Source of the DNA: Verrucomicrobiota bacterium
GTDB lineage: Bacteria > Verrucomicrobiota > Verrucomicrobiia > Limisphaerales > CANJXF01
Assembly: GCA_038214755.1 (NCBI GenBank)
Contig: JBBQRQ010000017.1
Coordinates: 1 to 64,000 of the forward strand
Direction of reading: 5' to 3'
Length of the DNA stretch: 64,000 nucleotides
This document shows positions 8,198 through 18,146 of the stretch, in pieces. A model generated the notes under the pieces. It was not told the DNA's origin. It made no database searches and was given only the letters and a program-made list of their open reading frames with translations. Position 1 is the first letter of the stretch; the number at the start of each line of letters is the position of its first letter. The translations under genes were made by a program, and so were the position numbers.

Positions 8198-10237
8198 TCA
8201 AAAGCGGTAGGTGAGCTTGAGGCGGAAGGTCCGTCCATCGCGTTCGATAATAGCCTGTTGATGGAAGCGAGAGGCAGGGTCGTCGTAGCGGCGATCGAGC
8301 AAGTTGTAAATGCTGGCGGACATTTCGAGATTGGGGACGAGATTGTGGCTGAACAGCGTGAAGTTCAACACCCCAAAGCCGCCCGCGTCTGCGCCCGCCA
8401 AAGTCCCGCCAGTGCTCGTTGTTCGGAGCGTGTGCCGGCTGCTGATGTATTGGAATTCCAGGCTGGCGAAGATTTTCTGTTGGTAGAGCGGGACGCTTAG
8501 ATTCAACTTGACCAGTTGTTCTGGTGAATCGGGCAGGTCTCGATTCCCAGAACGATCCTCCACATTTTGCAACGTGTAACTCAGCCGGGTGCGAATTCCG
8601 TTGGTCCAACTCCCGGTCAGCGCCAATTCCGTTCCAATGGCAGCGGCGTTAAAATTGGTGAAGCTGCCGTTTTCCAACAGGATCAAATCGTCCATCTCAT
8701 TGTAGAATCCGGAGACGGAAGATCGCAGCCGCTTTCCGATCTCCTGCTCATAGACCAGTTCATAGGAGGTAATTTCCTCGGGCTGGATGTTTTGGAAGCG
8801 TGAATCGCTGAGTTCCAAAAAATTAGGCGCGCGAAAAGCGGTGCCGTAGAGGGCTTTGATCGTGGCGGTCTGGACTGGGTTGTAAATCAAAGCCAGCCGG
8901 GGATTGAACGCGGGATCGAACTGGCCGTATTGGTCGTACCGTCCTCCAGCGTTTAAATGGAGATTCGTGAGTATCGCAAAATCGCCTTGAATATAAACTC
9001 CGTGACTCGCCCGAGACCCATTGATATCGGTGAAGACCTGCCCCGTCTTCTGGTCGAAGACGCGGTCGCTTTGATGAAAGTCGTCCCGGTATTCCGCGCC
9101 CACGGTCACGACATGCCGGTCCCACAGCCGCTTGTTAAGTTGAAGTTCCGCGCCCCACCACTCGCCCTCCTGAACCTCCTTAAAGAGCGACGGCGCGAAG
9201 GGATAACCAATTTCAAAATTATTGCGGTCATAATAAACCTGCGCCGTAACGTCCACCACATCGGGAAAACTATGCGTGTATTTCAAGTTCGCGAAGCTTC
9301 TCTCATCAATGGTCTTCAGGCGTGGATCGTTGAATGTCGTAAAAAATTGCGCCGTTGGATTGAACTTTTCCCGCCTGAGAAACGCGCCTTCGAGAGTAAA
9401 ATCCTGATAGCTCAATGAGCCGAAGAAAGTTCCCGAAGAATCACGATCGATGTTTTGGGCCACGCCGTTATTTTGAGCCGGCGTCTTGTACTCCTTGTAG
9501 AACAGTCTGTCCTCGCCATCGCTCCCGTAAAGTGTGCCGGAAAGAAGAAGATGAGCGCCGTTCGTAAAGGATTGGCCAATGGTTGCCCGACCTTTCCAGG
9601 TGTCGAAGGTGGCGTACTCGCCTGAAACTTCCGCGCCATTCACATTTTTTCCCTGGCGCGTGATGACGTTGATAACACCGAAGAAAGCATTATTGCCGTA
9701 GAGCACTGAGCCTGGGCCACGGATGATTTCAACCCGCTCGATCAGATCCACGTCGAGGATGAACGCGGTATCAATGAACGCGCCATCCGTCAGATTGTTG
9801 TTCACGCGATGCCCGTCCACCAACAACAGGATGCGGCTGTTGAAATCTCCCAGGCTCACGCCGCGCGTTCCCAGAAACGCGTAATTGCGGTCATAGGAAA
9901 CATGAAATCCCTGCACGCTTTGCAAGACGTCCGCCAGCGTCCGATAGCCGTATCTTTTGATGTCGTCGGCAGTCAGGATGGTAACGGAAGAGGGAGCCTC
10001 GCTTGGCTTCTGCTCGATCTTCGATGCGCCGAAGACTTTTGGAATATCCATTTCCATCAGCGCTTCCAGCGGAATCTCAGTGAGATCAGGAGTTGCTTGA
10101 TTCATCTCGGCGCTGGCGGGACCAACGAGGAGGGGCAGGAAGAAAACCGACAGAGTCATCGCTCGCTGAATCGTCTCGCGACGAATGATGGCCCAACTGT
10201 TTGGACACGGAAAGGGTGGGCTGCCGCGCTGTTTCAT
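8198..10237 (-). CDS. TonB-dependent outer-membrane receptor of the YfiR-associated type
   Basis: DLTEIPLEALM, plug motifs ILLLVDGHR and ERVEIIRGPGSVLYG, C-terminal GRTFRLKLTYRF; start may be ATG 10159. Confidence 0.93.
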   Translation of the reverse strand: MKQRGSPPFPCPNSWAIIRRETIQRAMTLSVFFLPLLVGPASAEMNQATPDLTEIPLEALMEMDIPKVFGASKIEQKPSEAPSSVTILTADDIKRYGYRTLADVLQSVQGFHVSYDRNYAFLGTRGVSLGDFNSRILLLVDGHRVNNNLTDGAFIDTAFILDVDLIERVEIIRGPGSVLYGNNAFFGVINVITRQGKNVNGAEVSGEYATFDTWKGRATIGQSFTNGAHLLLSGTLYGSDGEDRLFYKEYKTPAQNNGVAQNIDRDSSGTFFGSLSYQDFTLEGAFLRREKFNPTAQFFTTFNDPRLKTIDERSFANLKYTHSFPDVVDVTAQVYYDRNNFEIGYPFAPSLFKEVQEGEWWGAELQLNKRLWDRHVVTVGAEYRDDFHQSDRVFDQKTGQVFTDINGSRASHGVYIQGDFAILTNLHLNAGGRYDQYGQFDPAFNPRLALIYNPVQTATIKALYGTAFRAPNFLELSDSRFQNIQPEEITSYELVYEQEIGKRLRSSVSGFYNEMDDLILLENGSFTNFNAAAIGTELALTGSWTNGIRTRLSYTLQNVEDRSGNRDLPDSPEQLVKLNLSVPLYQQKIFASLEFQYISSRHTLRTTSTGGTLAGADAGGFGVLNFTLFSHNLVPNLEMSASIYNLLDRRYDDPASRFHQQAIIERDGRTFRLKLTYRF

Positions 10238-10424
10238 TCCTAGGCTGGAAAGAATGGCCTTCGGAGCCGGGTTAGCAAGGCGATTTTATTTAAACGATTG
10301 CGAGTGCGCTCGGCGACAAACTTATGCATATTCGGCGGAAGCTTGTTGCGCGCTCCCTCGGGATCGCGAGATGAAACGACCATCAGGATTTGCGGGCAGG
10401 TTCGCCATCGTTTTTCGACAGTCA

Positions 10425-10970
10425 ATGCGCTTACGCACAAATACATTAGTCGTCCTGGCTCTGCCGCTGCTCCTGGCAGTCGGGCTTGGACATGCACAGA
10501 CCCCGCCTCCCTCCGAGTATCAGCTCAAAGCAGCCTTTCTCTACAACTTCGCCAAATTCATTGAGTGGCCACAGAATGCGTTCGCCGAAAACAAATCTCC
10601 CTTCATTATCGGCATCCTGGGAGACAACCCTTTCGGCACTCATCTTGAATCGACGGTGGCCGGCAAGAAAATCAACGAACATCCGATTACGATCCAAACC
10701 TTTCGTGAGGTCGCGGCAGTCACCAACTGCCACATCCTGTTCGTCAGCAGTTCGGAGAAAGAACGTCTTCCCGAAATCATCGAGAAGCTTCGCGGCACTA
10801 CGGTTCTTACCGTAGGTCAAACCGAGCGTTTTATCGAAACAGGCGGCATGGTCAACTTCGTCCAGGAAGGCACCAAACTCCGATTCCAGATCAATGACGA
10901 CGCAGCGAAGGTCGCCAAATTGAAGATTAGTTCCAAGTTGTTGGGTCTTGCCGTCGGTGCCTCTCGTTAA
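10425..10970 (+). CDS. yfiR: YfiR-family (DUF4154) periplasmic regulator
   Basis: EYQLKAAFLYNFAKFIEWP, CHILFVS, LRFQIN...LKISSKLLGLA; signal peptide from ATG 10425. Confidence 0.92.
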   Translation: MRLRTNTLVVLALPLLLAVGLGHAQTPPPSEYQLKAAFLYNFAKFIEWPQNAFAENKSPFIIGILGDNPFGTHLESTVAGKKINEHPITIQTFREVAAVTNCHILFVSSSEKERLPEIIEKLRGTTVLTVGQTERFIETGGMVNFVQEGTKLRFQINDDAAKVAKLKISSKLLGLAVGASR

Positions 10971-11025
10971 GCCCGAACTCCGAAGTAGCGTGCGCGTAAA
11001 GTTGTGCCGGGGCGCGGCGTTCACG

Positions 11026-11362
11026 CCTTGTCATTACCCACAATTCGTCTGTGGGTGTTGAATCCCAACGGGATTGAAATCAATCAGCCCAGCGTTGCGA
11101 GGCACGAGCTACGCTGGGTCCTCTGGCAAACAAGTTATCAACCCGGAACGGGTGGCATCAAAAGCCCCTCTCACATCGCTACGAATCGAATTTGATGAAC
11201 GGCAGAGTGGAATTAATTTCACGATTTGATTCAACTCTTTCAGAGTTGATGGACTTTTATTGACGCCCCCCAGCGTAGCTCGTTCCTCGCAACGCTGGGC
11301 TAAGTGATCCCAATCCCTTCAGGATTGAAGAAACACACCCTGAGATGTGGGTAATGACAAGG
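11026..11362. mobile_element. 337-bp MITE with perfect 17-bp TIRs and TSD, inserted into a REP arm
   Basis: CCTTGTCATTACCCACA ... TGTGGGTAATGACAAGG flanked by direct CGTTCACG (11018-11025, 11363-11370); symmetric internal palindromes; the uninterrupted host arm GGAGCGCGGCGTTCACGCCGCTTCA is at 63971. Confidence 0.88.
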
Positions 11363-11792
11363 CGTTCACGCCGCTTCAAGCTGCGAATGTTTTGTGCGCG
11401 CGCAATACCCACCGGCGTTCGACGGTGAAGCGGCCCGAAGGCCGCGCTTCTTTCAGTTCCATTTCGGAAGTCGGGATAAGTATTTCTCACTTCTGCAAAG
11501 TCTCTTTCCATGACTGGAACGGAATCCGCTTTGTTCCTCCACAGCAATGGCATCGCCAAAACGTGGGTTAAATCGTATCCGATTGAACCACTTCAGGGTG
11601 CTCTGCAAATGAAAACAGGACAAAAATGAATTGGGTTCGGGATATTTTTATTAAGCGCCATCTGACGACGACCGTCGCCGTCGGTTCGCCCTGCTTTGAA
11701 TCAAGCGACATGGAGCGGCCAGCGTCGAGGTCCGGTGCATCGGCCACATTCGATGGAGAACCGATGGCCTGGGTTGAACCGCCATTCCAGCT

Positions 11793-13799
11793 ATGAAACG
11801 TTTTCGGAATTTCCCCATCCAACGAAAGATGTTGGTGATGACCCTGCTGATCTGCGGCACGGTTCTCCTGGTCGCGATCGCGGCGCTCTTCGTCTTTCAA
11901 GTGCTGAACTTCCGCTCCAACTTTGAGCGCGACAACTCCACTCTCGCCGTCATCATTGCCAACAACAGCACCGCCGCCATGGCGTTCACGGATGACACTG
12001 CGGCGACCGAGGTGGTCCGCTCTCTTGCGGCCAAACGAACGGTGTTGTCGGCTACGCTGGTCTTGCCAGACGGGGCGTTGTTCGCCCGCTTCGGCGTCGC
12101 GGAAGATTCCCGCACGTTGTCGCAGTTTCCGCCGCCCGGACAATCGCATTTCACCGGCGACTACCTACTCCTCACTCAGCCAGTTATTTGGAAAGGCGAG
12201 CGAAAGGGGACGCTTTATTTGCGCACGGATTACCATCGGACGTTTTTGGAACTGCTCGGCTTCTACGGACAGGTCTTGCTCGGCATTCTGGTCGTCTCCA
12301 TCGGCCTCGCGCTGTTTCTCTCGCGCCGCCTGGGACGCTCGATTACTGATCCGGTGCTCCAGTTGGCGCAGACCGCCAAAATTGTCGGTGAGAAAAAAGA
12401 TTATTCGGTGCGTGCGGTCATCAGCAGTCACGGCGACGAACTGGGCCAACTGGCGGAGTCCTTCAACGAGATGCTCGGACGCATCCAGAGCCAGGACGCC
12501 GCCCTCAGCCTCTCTCAACAGAAAATGGAAGCATTGGTTCATTCGATCGATGGAATAGTCTGGGAGCGCCCACCCGATACATTTCGGTTCACCTTCATCA
12601 GTCGCCAAAGCGAAAAAATCCTCGGCTACTATCCCCAGGCGTGGCTGGACCAACCCAATTTTTGGGAAGAGAAACTGCATCCACAAGACGCGGCAAAGGC
12701 CATACGCGCCGCCCACGAAATGACCACGCGCGGCCAGCCTTACTCCTTCGAATACCGAATGCTGGCCGCTGATGGCCGGACCGTTTGGATTCGCGAAAGC
12801 GGCACCGTGTTGGTGGAAAACGGGCAGCCTGGCGCGCTGCGCGGAATCTTCCAGGACATCACCCAAGCCAAGCTCGGCGCCGAGCAACTGGATAAACTCA
12901 ACCGGCAGTTGATGGACACCTCGCGACATGCGGGCATGGCTGATGTAGCCACGGGCGTGTTGCACAATGTCGGCAACGTCCTCAACAGTGTCAGCGTCTC
13001 CGCCACTCTGGTCGCCGAGAAATTACGTCGTTCCAAGATTACCAACCTCCGCCGGGCCACGACAATGTTGCGCGAGCGAAACGGTCACCTCGCCGAGTTC
13101 CTTACCTCTGATCCCAAAGGCAAAATGATTCCCGAATACCTTGCCACAGTGGCGGACCAGATGGCTGAGGAGCAGACCAATTTGATCTCACGAATGGAGG
13201 CTGTGGGAAAACATATCGAACACATCAAAGAGATTGTGGCGATGCAACAAAGCTACGCCAAAGTCTCCGGCGTTTACGAAAATCTGGCGATGGATAGTTT
13301 GGTGGAAGATGCCTTGCGCATGAACCTCGCCGCGTTTGACCGGCATCGCATTGATCTGGTGCGAGAGTTCGGCGAAAAGATCCCGGCGGTGCGCGTGGAT
13401 CGGCATAAGGTTTTGCAAATTCTCATCAACCTCCTGCGCAACGCCAAGCATGCGATGGAAGATGTGAGCAGTCGCGAACGACGGATGACCATCCGGGTGG
13501 AGATGGCGTCGCCCGACCGGGTAAAAGTTTCCGTCACCGACACCGGCGTGGGAATCGCGCCGGAAAACTTGAACAAAGTTTTTAACCACGGCTTTACCAC
13601 CAAGAAAGACGGGCACGGGTTCGGCCTGCATAGCGGGGCCAATGCAGCGACAGAAATGGGCGGCACTCTCACCGTGCAAAGCGACGGCCCGGGAAAAGGC
13701 GCCGCCTTCACTTTGGAATTGCCGAGCGCCGCTTCCAACTCGGAACGCGGAACCGAGAACGCGGAAAGTCCCGCGTTCCGCGTTCCGCGTTGGACCTAA
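11793..13799 (+). CDS. membrane sensor histidine kinase (CHASE8-like, HAMP, PAS, HisKA, HATPase)
   Basis: two TM segments; [14 protein letters not shown] (HAMP); [19 protein letters not shown]-box; [13 protein letters not shown]. Confidence 0.93.
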   Translation: MKRFRNFPIQRKMLVMTLLICGTVLLVAIAALFVFQVLNFRSNFERDNSTLAVIIANNSTAAMAFTDDTAATEVVRSLAAKRTVLSATLVLPDGALFARFGVAEDSRTLSQFPPPGQSHFTGDYLLLTQPVIWKGERKGTLYLRTDYHRTFLELLGFYGQVLLGILVVSIGLALFLSRRLGRSITDPVLQLAQTAKIVGEKKDYSVRAVISSHGDELGQLAESFNEMLGRIQSQDAALSLSQQKMEALVHSIDGIVWERPPDTFRFTFISRQSEKILGYYPQAWLDQPNFWEEKLHPQDAAKAIRAAHEMTTRGQPYSFEYRMLAADGRTVWIRESGTVLVENGQPGALRGIFQDITQAKLGAEQLDKLNRQLMDTSRHAGMADVATGVLHNVGNVLNSVSVSATLVAEKLRRSKITNLRRATTMLRERNGHLAEFLTSDPKGKMIPEYLATVADQMAEEQTNLISRMEAVGKHIEHIKEIVAMQQSYAKVSGVYENLAMDSLVEDALRMNLAAFDRHRIDLVREFGEKIPAVRVDRHKVLQILINLLRNAKHAMEDVSSRERRMTIRVEMASPDRVKVSVTDTGVGIAPENLNKVFNHGFTTKKDGHGFGLHSGANAATEMGGTLTVQSDGPGKGAAFTLELPSAASNSERGTENAESPAFRVPRWT

Positions 13800-13815
13800 C
13801 CGCCACAGGAAAAAC

Positions 13816-15885
13816 ATGACAAGCGCTGACCTCACTCCCAACCATCGTATCCTCATTGTGGATGACAACGAGAGCATCCACGCCGACTTTCGAACGATTC
13901 TTTGTTCCGACAATTCCGGGGAAACTGTGGTGACCGACATGGAAGCAGCCCTCTTCGAGGAGAACACCGCGACGGTAGAGCAAACCACGTTTGAGTTGGA
14001 CTCCGCTTTTCAAGGCCAGGAGGCGCTGGAGATGGTGAAGCAATCTCTGGCGGACAATCGTCCTTATGCGATGGCTTTCGTTGACGTGCGCATGCCGCCC
14101 GGATGGGACGGCATTGAAACCATCGCGCGCATCTGGGAAGTGAATCCCGAACTCCAGATCGTCGTTTGCACCGCTTACTCCGATTACGCCTGGGAGGAAA
14201 TGCGGGCCAAAGTGGGTCAACCCGACAGTTTGCTCGTCCTGAAGAAACCATTCGACAACATCGAAGTTCAACAAATCGCGCACGCTCTCACAAAAAAATG
14301 GCTGCTCAATCACCAATCCGCTTTGCAAATTGCGGAACTGGCCCGGGCCAACGAATCACTGGCCACATCAGAAGAGCGCTTTTCCAAGGCGTTTCATGAA
14401 AGCCCTGTTCCGAGTGGCATCCAAACTTTATCCGATCAACGCTTCGTCGATGTGAATCAACGCCTGGCCGAGGTCGCCGGTTGGAAACGGGAAGACATGA
14501 TCGGCCGAACTCCCGCTGAATTATTTCTCTGGGAAAAACCTGGGATGGCCGATCAGTGGGTTGAAACATTGGCGCGGCAGGAGCGGGTGCGCGACCAGGA
14601 GGCAAAAATCCGGACCGAGAGAGGCGAGTTGCACGAAGTCCTGGTTTCCATGTCGCCAGTCAACATGGGTGGCCGGCCTCACTTGCTTTTGTTGGCCCAG
14701 GACATCGAAGAGCGCGCTTTATTGGAGCGTCAGTTGCGCCAGGCCCAAAAAATGGAAGCGATCGGTCAGTTGGCCGCCGGTGTCGCCCACGACTTCAATA
14801 ATATTCTTACGGTGATCCAGGGTCACGCCGGCCTCATGCAGCAAAAGTTGGAGCCGGATAGTCCTCTCTGCAAATCATTGGAGCAAACGATCAAGGCCTC
14901 AGGCCGCGCCGCCACTCTCATCCGCCAATTGCTCATGTTCAGCCGCAAGCAGGTGATGCAATTTCGGCACCTCAATCTCAACGAGACTTTGGGCGACGCC
15001 AGCAAAATGCTCGAACGCCTGGTTGGCGAACATGTGCAAATTGATTTTAGCCCGCAACCCTCGCTCCCGGCGGTCCATGCCGACCCCAGCATGATCGAAC
15101 AAATCGCAATGAACCTCGCGATCAACGCCCGAGATGCGATGCCGAATGGTGGGCGGATTTCTATTGCGACTTCGCTGGAGACAATCCACCGCGCGCCCAC
15201 GCCGATGGACCCCGAGCAACGCGATGGTGATTTTGTTTGCCTGACTTTTCAGGACACCGGCACGGGAATGGATACGCAAATTCTCGGTCGTATCTTCGAG
15301 CCATTTTTCACGACCAAGCCCGTTGGAAAAGGCACCGGCCTGGGCCTCTCCACCGTGTTCGGCATTGTCCGGCAGCACCGGGGCTGGCTCGAAGTGGAAA
15401 GCAAACCCAATGCGGGCACGACCTTCCGCGTCTATTTTCCTCCCAGCCAGCAACCCGCGGAAAAATTGGAACCGGTCGTTGATTCGGTTCTGCGGAGCGG
15501 ACGTGAAACCGTTCTTGTGGCCGAAGACGAAGAAGACTTGCGCCAGATGGTTGTCCAGATTCTCAGGGTCCAGGGTTATTATGTTCTGGAGGCTGCCTCT
15601 GGCCGGCACGCCCTGGAAGTATGGGAGCGAGCCAACCGCACGGTGGACTTGCTGCTGACCGACATGGTCATGCCGGGAGGCATCATGGGCAGCGAATTGG
15701 CGGCACGACTCTCCATTCTCTCTCCCACGCTCAAGGTGATTTACACCAGTGGCTACAGCCCCGGTATGGCGGGCAAAGACTCTTCGTTATTGGTGGGCCG
15801 AAACTTTCTCCCGAAACCTTATTCGGTGGGCAAACTCGCGCAACTCGTCCGAGAATGTCTCGACGCTTCGCTGAAGCAGAATTGA
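13816..15885 (+). CDS. cytoplasmic hybrid kinase (REC, PAS, HisKA, HATPase, REC)
   Basis: ILIVDDN, DVRMPPGWDG; AGVAHDFNNIL; FFTTKPVGKGTGLGL; VLVAEDE...TDMVMPG; ATG at 13816. Confidence 0.93.
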   Translation: MTSADLTPNHRILIVDDNESIHADFRTILCSDNSGETVVTDMEAALFEENTATVEQTTFELDSAFQGQEALEMVKQSLADNRPYAMAFVDVRMPPGWDGIETIARIWEVNPELQIVVCTAYSDYAWEEMRAKVGQPDSLLVLKKPFDNIEVQQIAHALTKKWLLNHQSALQIAELARANESLATSEERFSKAFHESPVPSGIQTLSDQRFVDVNQRLAEVAGWKREDMIGRTPAELFLWEKPGMADQWVETLARQERVRDQEAKIRTERGELHEVLVSMSPVNMGGRPHLLLLAQDIEERALLERQLRQAQKMEAIGQLAAGVAHDFNNILTVIQGHAGLMQQKLEPDSPLCKSLEQTIKASGRAATLIRQLLMFSRKQVMQFRHLNLNETLGDASKMLERLVGEHVQIDFSPQPSLPAVHADPSMIEQIAMNLAINARDAMPNGGRISIATSLETIHRAPTPMDPEQRDGDFVCLTFQDTGTGMDTQILGRIFEPFFTTKPVGKGTGLGLSTVFGIVRQHRGWLEVESKPNAGTTFRVYFPPSQQPAEKLEPVVDSVLRSGRETVLVAEDEEDLRQMVVQILRVQGYYVLEAASGRHALEVWERANRTVDLLLTDMVMPGGIMGSELAARLSILSPTLKVIYTSGYSPGMAGKDSSLLVGRNFLPKPYSVGKLAQLVRECLDASLKQN

Positions 15886-15922
15886 TTCTTGCCAGCGATA
15901 ATTTCAAATCGCCTTAGCCGGC

Positions 15923-16165
15923 TTACTCGAAATCGTAAACGACAACGCGCTGGCAGCCCAGCCCTTCCAGGCAAGGGCTGGGCAGATTGAGCGCGACCTG
16001 ATACGTCTGATCCACCATCGACCGATGACTCGCTGCCATCCTGCCGGCGTGGAAGTGCAAAACACCGGGGATCGGTTTCAAAAACTTTTCCATGTCGTCC
16101 AGTAATTGATGAGCGGCGTTTGGGACTTCGGGTTTCGTCCAAAAAATAACCACGTGCGAAAACAC
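15923..16165 (-). pseudogene. Dabb (stress-responsive A/B barrel) family gene, internally disrupted
   Basis: FSHVVIFW...IPGV..FH.G...DQTYQVALNL and VVVYDFE are retained; the usual Y..HP.H segment is replaced by a hairpin encoding PSPCLEGLG; a second related hairpin abuts the start. Confidence 0.7.
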
Positions 16166-16267
16166 CCAGCCCTTCCTTCCCGGTATCTGATTTATCTCAC
16201 CGCTGACGTGGAAGGGCTGGGTTAAAAAGTGTTTTACCTCGGAAAACCAAGACGTTTTTACCCGGGT

Positions 16268-16984
16268 TTATTTTCGCTCCTGAAGTTCGGCGCGGACTTG
16301 CGTGAGAATCCCATAATATCGCCACGACGGCGGAGCATTCGGTTCCTGATGATGGTCCGGCTTCAAAATCAAATCGCCCGTCGCCAGCAAAACTTTTTTT
16401 ACCTCAGGATTCTGCCGCACTTTTTCACGCGTCGCCACGACGATCAACCGATAATGTTCGCCCTCCACGGCCGACCTGTATTCAAACTGTTTGCCCTCGA
16501 AAGAGACCCAGGTAATTCCCATCTGCTTCATGTTTTGTTCGGCCAGTGCGCCCGCTCTTTGCGCGTCAAAACTGGTGAGCTGCGCTACTTGAGCGCGAGT
16601 AAATTTCCAGTCCAGGCCGGGAAATTTCGCGCGCGGATCTTCCGCGCTTTCGGGATATTTCATCATTTGCCAAAAACCTTCGAGGCTCGCGTAACGTTTT
16701 CCACGCAACGTAAATGGTGTCGCCGCAAAATTGGAAAGCAAACCGAGTTCGTTGCGTTTGGAAAGAATCACTTCGCCCGGCTTGGCTTCCTGCGGCAAAA
16801 TTTCCCAACTCGGCGCGCCCTCTTTTGAAACCGGCGTCCACCAGTGAGCCGGATAATTTGTTCTCGAAGAAATTGTTTCAGCAGGCAGCGCAGAATTTTT
16901 TGTCGAATGGCAGCCGCTGAACGCAACTACGCTCGCCCACAGGAGAAACAAACAAAATCGCTTTCGCGCGAGCAGAAAATTCAT
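16268..16984 (-). CDS. NADAR (YbiA-like) family protein with a lipoprotein-like signal
   Basis: LSNFAATPF..RGKRYASLEGFWQ, KVRQNPEVKKVLLATG; N-terminal hydrophobic stretch ending FSGC. Confidence 0.75.
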   Translation of the reverse strand: MNFLLARKRFCLFLLWASVVAFSGCHSTKNSALPAETISSRTNYPAHWWTPVSKEGAPSWEILPQEAKPGEVILSKRNELGLLSNFAATPFTLRGKRYASLEGFWQMMKYPESAEDPRAKFPGLDWKFTRAQVAQLTSFDAQRAGALAEQNMKQMGITWVSFEGKQFEYRSAVEGEHYRLIVVATREKVRQNPEVKKVLLATGDLILKPDHHQEPNAPPSWRYYGILTQVRAELQERK

Positions 16985-16989
16985 GGAGT

Positions 16990-18084
16990 TCAATTATTTT
17001 TCTCCCAATGGTCGTGCTTGTCTTTTGGAATTTTCGCTGACTCAGGATAAATCAAATAGACGGTGTTGTGCGACGTCTTCCACGCCTTCGCCACGTTTTC
17101 GCGTTTGTAAATGTGCCGAACTTTTTGTCCCTTCTCCAAGTTGGTCGCCGGATCGTTGATGACCACGTCGCCGCTTTCTGTAAAGCCGATGACCGTCACG
17201 ACATGGCCGCTCCCCGTGTTTCTTCGTCCCGATTCGAGCAGATGAAACGGCGCGGAAATGATCACCGGAATTCCGGCGACGATCCAATCTTCCAATTCGG
17301 AAATATCCGTGAACCGCGAAACGTAAGCGCGCATTCCAGGAAACTTTCCAGCGAACGCCGTGTTGAATGGCCAATTGCCCGTCCCAAAATTTTTGTCCAA
17401 AACATTTTTGGCAACCTCCGGAACATCGAGATTCAGTTCGGGCCGATGCAACACCGACGACCAGCGCATCAACACCATCGAAAGCGAGGTGGGACTGCAC
17501 CAGCCCTGTTCTTCGGGATAAGAATTTTGCGAACGCTCCGGTGTCTCGATAATTTTTCCCCATGCTTTTTTGTCGGGCGGCAGCGGGAAGATTTCCATTT
17601 TACTGTTCAAAAAAGAGAGGCCGAGAAATTTCAGTTCTGGTTTGATATTTTTTTCCGAACTGCCCAGCGTGACGCGAACTTGCGCGCGACGGCAAAGCGC
17701 TTTCAGAATCAATGTGTCCGTGCTGACATTGCCATCGGAATCTTTTTGGCCCTTCACGCTTTCGCGGGGAAATTTGGAAACATCTTCTGACCAAAGCGCC
17801 ATCGTAAAAAACTTCGTCTTGTGATCGGGAAAAATTCCACGCGCTTCGATTTTTAAAGAGGTTCCCGAAGGCGCGGCGGCGTTCCACGAAACCACCAGTT
17901 CATCCCACGCAATCGCCATTTTGATTTCTGGAGAGGTGAGGACGGTTTCGTTCTGGGTGGTCTCCTTTTTGAATTTCGAAAACGTTTTTATGCCAATGAA
18001 ATGGCTGGGGGTTTCTGTTGCGAATGAAGAATCGGCAAACAAAGCCACCGCCATAAATAAAATTACTCCGCCAGGTTTTTTCAT
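16990..18084 (-). CDS. secreted peptidase C39-like family protein
   Basis: signal peptide; WCSPTS (Cys), GHVVTVIGF (His), VINDP (Asp). Confidence 0.85.
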   Translation of the reverse strand: MKKPGGVILFMAVALFADSSFATETPSHFIGIKTFSKFKKETTQNETVLTSPEIKMAIAWDELVVSWNAAAPSGTSLKIEARGIFPDHKTKFFTMALWSEDVSKFPRESVKGQKDSDGNVSTDTLILKALCRRAQVRVTLGSSEKNIKPELKFLGLSFLNSKMEIFPLPPDKKAWGKIIETPERSQNSYPEEQGWCSPTSLSMVLMRWSSVLHRPELNLDVPEVAKNVLDKNFGTGNWPFNTAFAGKFPGMRAYVSRFTDISELEDWIVAGIPVIISAPFHLLESGRRNTGSGHVVTVIGFTESGDVVINDPATNLEKGQKVRHIYKRENVAKAWKTSHNTVYLIYPESAKIPKDKHDHWEKNN

Positions 18085-18146
18085 CAACGCCGCGCAATTT
18101 AGCATCGACGCCACCCGCCGGAAATGATTAACACCTGACACATTTT

